A stretch of 64,000 nucleotides of DNA from Lachnospiraceae bacterium (GTDB lineage Bacteria; Bacillota; Clostridia; Lachnospirales; Lachnospiraceae). Positions 57,335 to 64,000 of this stretch are shown here, in pieces. The position numbers were made by a program, and so were the translations under genes. Position 1 is the stretch's first letter. Each line of letters opens with the position of its first letter. The stretch lies in assembly GCA_028727605.1 (NCBI GenBank), contig JAQYOA010000018.1, positions 22,550 to 86,549 of the forward strand, read 5' to 3'. Below the pieces are notes generated by a model. The model worked only from the letters and a program-made list of their open reading frames with translations. It was not told the DNA's origin and did not search any database.

Positions 57335-58876
57335 ATGAAACAGACAACGTATGAAGAAATCCAGACAATCGCTGCATCCGGGAGATACCGGAAAGTGCCG
57401 GTGAGCCGGGAGATGTATTCGGATATCCGAACACCGATTGAGGTTCTGCGTATCCTGCAGGAAAACAGCGGTCACTGTTTTATGCTGGAGAGCGCAGAGG
57501 ATCGGAAACAGTGGGGAAGATATACCTTCCTCGGTTATGATCCGGCGCTGGAAGTGACTTGTACGGATGGGGAATTGATTTTGACTGCCAGAGAGGAAAT
57601 TCTGGCAAACATCCTTGGAGAGAAAATGGTGAATCCGGAGAATCTGCCATCCGGACAGATGCGGGTGAAAATGAGGGATGTCCCTCCGGGAGAAATGATT
57701 GAACAGATTCTGGAAGCGAACCGGAGCCCGAGAATTGACACATTGCCGACTTTTACCGGAGGTCTTGTGGGATATTTTTCCTATGACTACATCAAATACA
57801 GTGAACCGTCTCTGAAGCTTGATGCAGCGGATGAGGAACAGTTCAAGGATGTAGATTTGATGCTCTTTGATAAAGTAATCGCCTATGATAATTTCCGACA
57901 GAAGATTATTCTGATGGTTAATATGGAAACGAAAAATCTGGAAGCGGGTTACCAGGAGGCTGTCACCGTACTGGATACCATGGAAAAACTGATTCGCAGC
58001 GGAAAGGCGGAAAAGAGAGCAGAAGGGCATTTGCGTTCCGAGTTTCGGCCTTTGTTTTCCGAAAAGGAATATTGTGAAAAGGTGGAACAGGTAAAACATT
58101 ATATCCATGAGGGGGATTTGTTTCAGCTGGTTCTCTCAAATCGGCTGGAAGCAGATTTTGAGGGAAGTCTTCTGGATACGTATCGTGTACTGAGAACGAC
58201 GAATCCGTCCCCCTACATGTTTTATTTCTGCAGCGAAGATGTGGAAATTGCAGGCGCATCGCCGGAAACGCTGGTAAAAGTGGAGAATGACGAAATCCGT
58301 ACATTTCCGTTGGCAGGAACCAGACCGAGAGGAAAGAACAGTGAGCAGGATGCAGCTTTGGAAAGAGAGCTTCTGTCAGATGAGAAAGAGTGTGCAGAAC
58401 ATAATATGCTGGTGGATCTTGGGAGAAATGATCTCGGAAAACTTTGCAGGTTCGGAAGTGTCGAAGTGGAAAAATATATGTTTGTGGAGCGTTATTCCCA
58501 TGTTATGCATATTGGCTCCACAGTAAAAGGACAATTGCGGGAGGATGCAAAAAGTGTAGATGCAATTGCATCGGTACTTCCTGCGGGCACCCTTTCCGGA
58601 GCTCCCAAAATCCGTGCCTGCCAGATTATCCAGGAACTGGAAGGAAACAAGAGAGGGATTTACGGAGGAGCGATCGGCTATCTGGACTTTACCGGGAATC
58701 TCGATACCTGTATTGCAATTCGTCTTGCTTTCAAGAAAAACGGGAAACTGTATGTGCGGTCCGGCGCCGGAATTGTTGCAGACAGCGTTCCGGAAAAAGA
58801 ATATCAGGAGTGCATTAATAAGGCAAAAGCGGTACTGCAGGCTCTGAAAGAAGCGGAAGGGGGAATGGATTTATGA
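57335..58876 (+). CDS. trpE: Anthranilate synthase component I
   Basis: FMLESA, NPSPYMF, ASPETL, PLAGTRPRG, EHNMLVDLGRND and PAGTLSGAPK motifs. Confidence 0.97.
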   Translation: MKQTTYEEIQTIAASGRYRKVPVSREMYSDIRTPIEVLRILQENSGHCFMLESAEDRKQWGRYTFLGYDPALEVTCTDGELILTAREEILANILGEKMVNPENLPSGQMRVKMRDVPPGEMIEQILEANRSPRIDTLPTFTGGLVGYFSYDYIKYSEPSLKLDAADEEQFKDVDLMLFDKVIAYDNFRQKIILMVNMETKNLEAGYQEAVTVLDTMEKLIRSGKAEKRAEGHLRSEFRPLFSEKEYCEKVEQVKHYIHEGDLFQLVLSNRLEADFEGSLLDTYRVLRTTNPSPYMFYFCSEDVEIAGASPETLVKVENDEIRTFPLAGTRPRGKNSEQDAALERELLSDEKECAEHNMLVDLGRNDLGKLCRFGSVEVEKYMFVERYSHVMHIGSTVKGQLREDAKSVDAIASVLPAGTLSGAPKIRACQIIQELEGNKRGIYGGAIGYLDFTGNLDTCIAIRLAFKKNGKLYVRSGAGIVADSVPEKEYQECINKAKAVLQALKEAEGGMDL

Positions 58877-59469
58877 TTCTGTTAGTCGATAACTATGACA
58901 GCTTTTCCTATAACCTTTATCAGCTTGTGGGAGCGATTTGTCCGGATATTCGGGTAATACGAAACGATGAACTGACAGTCGGGGAGATTCTTGAACTGTC
59001 ACCGGAATCGATTATCCTTTCCCCGGGACCTGGAAGACCGGAAAATGCGGGCCGGTGCGTTGAAATTGTACAAAAGCTTGGGAAGACGATCCCGATCCTC
59101 GGTGTATGCCTCGGTCATCAGGCGATCTGTCAGGCCTATGGCGGAGAAATTACCTATGCAAAAGAACTGATGCATGGGAAACAGTCGCAGACGAAACTGG
59201 ATTGCTCTTCTTCCCTGTTTGCGGGACTTCCGGAGGAGATTTTGGTGGCTCGTTATCATTCTCTGGCTGCCAGCGAAGCATCCCTTCCGATGGAGCTAAA
59301 AGTTACGGCCCGTACACTGGACGGAGAGGTTATGGCGGTGGAACACCGGGAATATCCGGTGTATGGTGTTCAGTTTCATCCGGAATCTATTATGACTCCG
59401 AAAGGAGAAGAGATACTGAGAAACTTTGTTGCGATCGGAAAAGAAATTTCAAAAGAGAAAGGCAGGTAA
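58873..59469 (+). CDS. trpG: Anthranilate synthase component II (glutamine amidotransferase)
   Basis: [22 protein letters not shown] and QFHPES motifs. Confidence 0.96.
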   Translation: MILLVDNYDSFSYNLYQLVGAICPDIRVIRNDELTVGEILELSPESIILSPGPGRPENAGRCVEIVQKLGKTIPILGVCLGHQAICQAYGGEITYAKELMHGKQSQTKLDCSSSLFAGLPEEILVARYHSLAASEASLPMELKVTARTLDGEVMAVEHREYPVYGVQFHPESIMTPKGEEILRNFVAIGKEISKEKGR

Positions 59470-59474
59470 AAGAA

Positions 59475-60485
59475 ATGATTAAAGAAGCGATTATGAAACT
59501 GGCAAAGGGAGAAAATCTGACATATGAGACGGCAGAAGCTGCCATGGATGAGATTATGGGAGGAGAGGCAAGCCAGGTTCAGATGAGTGCCTTTCTTACC
59601 GCAATGAGTTTAAAAGGGGAAACGATTGAGGAGATTACAGCATGTGCAGCCGGTATGAGAAAGCATTGTGTCCGCCTTTTGCATGATCAGGAAGTGCTGG
59701 AAATTGTAGGAACCGGAGGAGATCATTCAAACTCCTTTAATATTTCCACAACGGCATCCCTGGTTGTATCGGCAGGCGGTGTTCCGGTGGCAAAACATGG
59801 CAATCGTGCTGCATCAAGTAAATCCGGCGCAGCAGACTGTCTGGAAGCGCTGGGAGTAAAGATTGCACTTGAACCCGAGAAAAGCACGGAAGTGCTGAAG
59901 AAGATCGGAATTTGTTTCCTGTTTGCACAGAATTATCATCTTTCCATGAAGTATGTTGCTCCGGTGAGAAAAGAGCTTGGAATCCGAACTATTTTTAACA
60001 TACTTGGTCCATTGACAAACCCTGCGGGTGCTACCATGCATCTGATGGGTGTCTACGATGAAAGTCTGGTACAGCCGCTGGCTGAGGTGCTTTCAAACCT
60101 GGGAGTAAGCAGAGGAATGGTTGTATATGGTCAGGACGGATTGGATGAAATTTCCATGAGCGCACCTACTTCTGTCTGCGAGATCCGTGACGGGAAATTT
60201 ACTTCCTATGTGATCACACCGGAAGAACTGGGACTGCAAAGATGCAGCAAAGAAGAACTGGTAGGCGGTACTCCCAAAGAGAATGCTGAAATCACCAGAA
60301 GAATTCTTTCCGGGGAAAAGGGTCCGAAACGTGATGCGGTTGTGATCAATGCAGCGGCAGCACTCCATATTGCAAAAGAGGATCTCTCGTTAAAAGAAGC
60401 GGTTGCAGTTGCAAAGGAACTGATCGACAGCGGAAAAGCACTGCGGCAGCTGGAGGAATTTGTTCGTCTGACAAATACGTTATAG
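59475..60485 (+). CDS. trpD: Anthranilate phosphoribosyltransferase
   Basis: [22 protein letters not shown] and [13 protein letters not shown] motifs; start at ATG 59475. Confidence 0.97.
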   Translation: MIKEAIMKLAKGENLTYETAEAAMDEIMGGEASQVQMSAFLTAMSLKGETIEEITACAAGMRKHCVRLLHDQEVLEIVGTGGDHSNSFNISTTASLVVSAGGVPVAKHGNRAASSKSGAADCLEALGVKIALEPEKSTEVLKKIGICFLFAQNYHLSMKYVAPVRKELGIRTIFNILGPLTNPAGATMHLMGVYDESLVQPLAEVLSNLGVSRGMVVYGQDGLDEISMSAPTSVCEIRDGKFTSYVITPEELGLQRCSKEELVGGTPKENAEITRRILSGEKGPKRDAVVINAAAALHIAKEDLSLKEAVAVAKELIDSGKALRQLEEFVRLTNTL

Positions 60486-60540
60486 TTCCGGAAATCTCCG
60501 AAAACAGGTAACTTCGAAATGGGGAAAGGATGGATAGGTT

Positions 60541-61353
60541 ATGATACTGGAAACAATTGCGAATGCGGCAAAGAAAAGAGTCATCGAACGGGAAAAGATA
60601 CACCCGGCAAGTGAGGTAGAACGTCTGGCAAGAGAGCGGAATCCGGACACCGGTTTTCCTTTTGAAAAAGCGCTGGCAGCTCCGGGGATATCCTTCATCT
60701 GCGAAGTGAAGAAAGCATCTCCGTCCAAAGGTGTGATTGCTCACGACTTTCCCTATCTGGAGATTGCAAAAGAATACGAGGAGGCGGGAGCAGCAGCAGT
60801 TTCCTGCCTGACAGAGCCGGAATTTTTTCTGGGATCGGATCAGTACCTTCTGGAGATCGCTTCTCAGATATCAATTCCTGTACTGCGGAAAGATTTTACC
60901 GTTGATTCTTATATGATTTATGAGGCGAAGCTGCTGGGAGCATCGGCAGTCCTTCTGATTTGCTCTCTGCTGTCCGACGGACAGCTGAAGGAGTATCTGG
61001 AAATCGCACATTCCCTGGGGCTCTCCGCGCTTGTGGAGGCACATACGGCGAAAGAGATTGACCGGGCCGTGATGGCCGGAGCAAGAATGATCGGAGTCAA
61101 CAACCGAAATCTGAAAGATTTCACGGTGGATATCAACAACAGTGAACGTCTCCGTAGCAGGATTCCGGAAGGAATTCTTGCAGTTTCCGAGAGCGGAATC
61201 CGGACACCTGCGGACGTGGAACGACTGTACCGGAACGGTACCGATGCGGTGCTGATTGGAGAAACACTGATGCGCAGCCAAAACAAAAAAGAAGAATTGA
61301 AAAGACTGTCTTCGCTGTGCGGGAAGGATCCGGGAGGGGAATATCACAAATGA
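60541..61353 (+). CDS. trpC: Indole-3-glycerol phosphate synthase
   Basis: EVKKASPSKG, LRKDF, GVNNRNL and SESGI motifs. Confidence 0.97.
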   Translation: MILETIANAAKKRVIEREKIHPASEVERLARERNPDTGFPFEKALAAPGISFICEVKKASPSKGVIAHDFPYLEIAKEYEEAGAAAVSCLTEPEFFLGSDQYLLEIASQISIPVLRKDFTVDSYMIYEAKLLGASAVLLICSLLSDGQLKEYLEIAHSLGLSALVEAHTAKEIDRAVMAGARMIGVNNRNLKDFTVDINNSERLRSRIPEGILAVSESGIRTPADVERLYRNGTDAVLIGETLMRSQNKKEELKRLSSLCGKDPGGEYHK

Positions 61354-61958
61354 AGGAAAAAACAAAGATTAAGATCTGCGGTCTTTCCAGACTGTGTGAC
61401 ATAGATTATGTGAATGAGATAAAACCGGATTACGTTGGATTCGTATTCGCAAAAAGCCGCCGCAGGATTTCAAAAGAGCATGCGTTAACGCTGAGGCAGA
61501 AACTGGATCCGGATATTCAGGCAGTGGGTGTTTTCGTCAATGAACTGGCACCGGTAGTTGCAGGATATCTGGAATCGGGAATCATTGATGTGGCACAGCT
61601 GCACGGCAGTGAGGACGAAATTTATCTGCATAATCTGCGGCTTCAGACCGGACAGCCGATTATCAAGGCATTTTCGGTCAGAAACGCGGACGATGTAAAA
61701 AGGGCCTGCGAAAGTACGGCAGATTACATCCTCCTGGATCATGGGAAAGGGGGAACGGGAACCGCATTTGACTGGACACTTGTACAGAATATGAAGCGGC
61801 CGTTTTTTCTTGCAGGAGGTCTGGGCCCGGAAAATATAGAAAAAGCAATTGCCGATGTCCATCCGTTCGGCGTGGATATCAGCAGCGGTGTGGAAACCGA
61901 TGGATATAAAGATTATCACAAAATACAGGATTGCGTAAGGAGGATCAGAAATGTCTGA
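61350..61958 (+). CDS. trpF: Phosphoribosylanthranilate isomerase
   Basis: KIKICGL, QLHGSE, GGTG..FDW, LAGGL and DISSGVE motifs. Confidence 0.96.
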   Translation: MKEKTKIKICGLSRLCDIDYVNEIKPDYVGFVFAKSRRRISKEHALTLRQKLDPDIQAVGVFVNELAPVVAGYLESGIIDVAQLHGSEDEIYLHNLRLQTGQPIIKAFSVRNADDVKRACESTADYILLDHGKGGTGTAFDWTLVQNMKRPFFLAGGLGPENIEKAIADVHPFGVDISSGVETDGYKDYHKIQDCVRRIRNV

Positions 61959-63135
61959 CGGAAGATTTGGGATTCATGGAGGGCAGTATGTGCCGGAAAC
62001 TCTGATGAATGAAGTGATCAATCTGGAAAAACAATATAATTATTATAAAAATGACCCGGAATTTTGTCGGGAACTGGATGAACTGATGAGAAATTATGCA
62101 GGGCGTCCGTCACTTCTTTACTATGCGGAGAAAATGACAAAAGATCTGGGAGGAGCCAGGATTTATTTGAAACGGGAGGATCTGAATCATACAGGATCCC
62201 ATAAAATCAACAATGTACTGGGCCAGTGTCTGCTTGCAAAGAAGATGGGTAAAACCCGGATTATTGCAGAAACCGGAGCAGGACAGCACGGCGTTGCAAC
62301 AGCGACAGCGGCTGCACTTATGGGTATGGAATGCGAGATTTTCATGGGAAAAGAGGACACAGAGCGGCAGGCTTTGAATGTGTACCGTATGGAACTTCTG
62401 GGAGCAAAAGTCCATGCTGTAACCACGGGAACCATGACCTTGAAAGATGCAGTAAATGAAGCAATGAGAGAGTGGGCTTCCCGTGTGGAAGACACCCATT
62501 ATGTGCTGGGATCTGTGATGGGACCGCACCCGTTTCCGACGATTGTCCGGGATTTTCAGTCTGTGATCAGCCGTGAGGCAAGGGAGCAGATCCTGGAAAA
62601 GGAAGGAAAACTTCCCAAAGCTGTTATGGCCTGTGTGGGCGGAGGCAGCAATGCGATGGGCATGTTTTATAATTTTATCAATGATCCGGAGGTGCGCCTG
62701 ATTGGCTGTGAAGCAGCCGGCCGTGGAGTACACACGGCAGAAACCGCTGCCACGATTGCCACGGGAACACTGGGAGTATTTCATGGAATGAAGTCTTATT
62801 TCTGTCAGGATGAATACGGACAGATTGCACCGGTTTATTCGATCTCTGCGGGTCTGGACTATCCGGGAATCGGTCCCGAACATGCTTATCTGCATGACAT
62901 CGGAAGAGCGGAATACGTTCCGGTGACGGATGATGAGGCTGTAGCTGCGTTTGAATATCTGGCAAAAACAGAAGGAATCATCTGCGCCATTGAAAGTGCA
63001 CATGCAGTGGCTCATGCCATTAAAATTGCGAAGGAATTTAGCCCGGAGGATTCAATTATCATCTGTCTTTCCGGACGAGGCGATAAGGATGTAGCGGCAA
63101 TCGCAAGATATAGAGGGAGGGATCTTCATGAGTAA
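61951..63135 (+). CDS. trpB: Tryptophan synthase beta chain
   Basis: [30 protein letters not shown] and SAGLDYPG motifs. Confidence 0.98.
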   Translation: MSDGRFGIHGGQYVPETLMNEVINLEKQYNYYKNDPEFCRELDELMRNYAGRPSLLYYAEKMTKDLGGARIYLKREDLNHTGSHKINNVLGQCLLAKKMGKTRIIAETGAGQHGVATATAAALMGMECEIFMGKEDTERQALNVYRMELLGAKVHAVTTGTMTLKDAVNEAMREWASRVEDTHYVLGSVMGPHPFPTIVRDFQSVISREAREQILEKEGKLPKAVMACVGGGSNAMGMFYNFINDPEVRLIGCEAAGRGVHTAETAATIATGTLGVFHGMKSYFCQDEYGQIAPVYSISAGLDYPGIGPEHAYLHDIGRAEYVPVTDDEAVAAFEYLAKTEGIICAIESAHAVAHAIKIAKEFSPEDSIIICLSGRGDKDVAAIARYRGRDLHE

Positions 63136-63910
63136 AGTAACAGACGCATTTGCAAATGGAAAAGCATTTATTCCGTTTCTGACAGCCGGTGACCCGAGTC
63201 TGGAGAAAACAGAGGACTATATTCTGGAGCTGGAAAAGGCAGGAGCGGACCTGATTGAGATCGGAATTCCCTTCTCTGATCCGATCGCAGAAGGAGTCGT
63301 AATCCAGGAAGCGGATCTGCGCGCTCTGAAAGGTGGAACAACGACAGACGGGATCTTCGAAATGGTAACATCTGTGAGAAGCAAAACGCAGATTCCGCTG
63401 GTGTTTATGACTTACCTGAATCCGGTATTTCACTATGGATATGAGCGTTTTTTTGCCCGCTGTGAGGAAGTCGGAATCAACGGAATTATCATTCCGGATC
63501 TGCCGTATGAGGAAAAGGGAGAACTCCTGGAAATTGCGAGAGCGCATGGAGTTGATGTTATTTCTCTGATTGCTCCCACCTCAGAACAGAGAATCCAGAA
63601 GATTGCTTCCGATGCCGAAGGATTTATTTATCTTGTATCATCCATGGGCGTTACGGGAATGAGAAGTGAGATTAAAACGGATCTCAAATCGATGATTGAT
63701 GCAATCCGCAGCGTGACGGATGTGCCGATTGCCGTTGGATTTGGAATTAATACCACAGAACAGGCAGGAAAAATCGCCGGTATGGCGGATGGTGTCATTG
63801 TGGGGAGCGCAATTGTCAAAATGATTGCCAAGTACGGAGCACATGCCGAACAGCATATCTATGCGTATGTGCGAATGATGAAAGAGGCTGTACGTCAGAG
63901 TGAGAAATGA
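63128..63910 (+). CDS. trpA: Tryptophan synthase alpha chain
   Basis: [30 protein letters not shown] and DGVIVGS motifs. Confidence 0.97.
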   Translation: MSKVTDAFANGKAFIPFLTAGDPSLEKTEDYILELEKAGADLIEIGIPFSDPIAEGVVIQEADLRALKGGTTTDGIFEMVTSVRSKTQIPLVFMTYLNPVFHYGYERFFARCEEVGINGIIIPDLPYEEKGELLEIARAHGVDVISLIAPTSEQRIQKIASDAEGFIYLVSSMGVTGMRSEIKTDLKSMIDAIRSVTDVPIAVGFGINTTEQAGKIAGMADGVIVGSAIVKMIAKYGAHAEQHIYAYVRMMKEAVRQSEK

Positions 63911-64000
63911 TGCGGCTGATCGCCGATGGCGAATGGTAAAAGCGTTGCGTGTTTGAAAATTCTGTGATAAGATCCCATCTTTGACACTTGGAAAACTGTA

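Noticed and set aside
59106-59474. N-terminal extensions in the ORF track for trpD (also argB, argD, rpsT, hemW and the ORF starting at 54818)
   Set aside because: They overlap upstream genes or leaders and lack homology. Downstream starts match the family N-termini and mostly have SD sequences.
1-64000. Apparent abundance of CCGGA/TCCGG, considered as a DNA uptake sequence given the com genes
   Set aside because: It is explainable by Pro-CCG and Gly-GGA codon preferences. I could not compute enrichment, and Firmicute DNA uptake is not known to be sequence-specific.

Overview
A 64-kb core-chromosome segment from a spore-forming anaerobic Firmicute. Gene content and order point to Lachnospiraceae/Clostridia (inference). 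No prophage, IS, CRISPR array, rRNA or tRNA gene was recognised. In order: (1) the 5' end of an Fe-containing alcohol dehydrogenase and a Nit-family amidase; (2) argG divergent from argCJBD around ARG boxes; (3) a DMT transporter; (4) comEA, an OmpR-family regulator, a histidine kinase, a GerMN lipoprotein, comEC and holA; (5) an inserted GH78 alpha-L-rhamnosidase/AraC pair; (6) rpsT, gpr, spoIIP, lepA, hemW; (7) uvrA with a LexA box, an mreB paralogue, recD2, comF; (8) two unknown membrane proteins, cdaA-cdaR and HPr; (9) a priming glycosyltransferase, glf, an LCP ligase and a repeat-bearing L,D-transpeptidase; (10) larE-like and folA, then xpaC-telA on the other strand; (11) ispG and polC; (12) an uncharacterised three-gene operon; (13) a Trp T-box followed by trpEGDCFBA. 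The best candidate for an undescribed system is the three-gene operon at 51349-56917. It encodes a ~1176-aa cytoplasmic Ig-like/helical protein, a truncated and motif-degenerate Hsp70/actin-fold protein, and a TPR protein. Next best are the MtrAB-LpqB-like trio embedded inside the comE operon and the membrane-protein pair upstream of cdaA.
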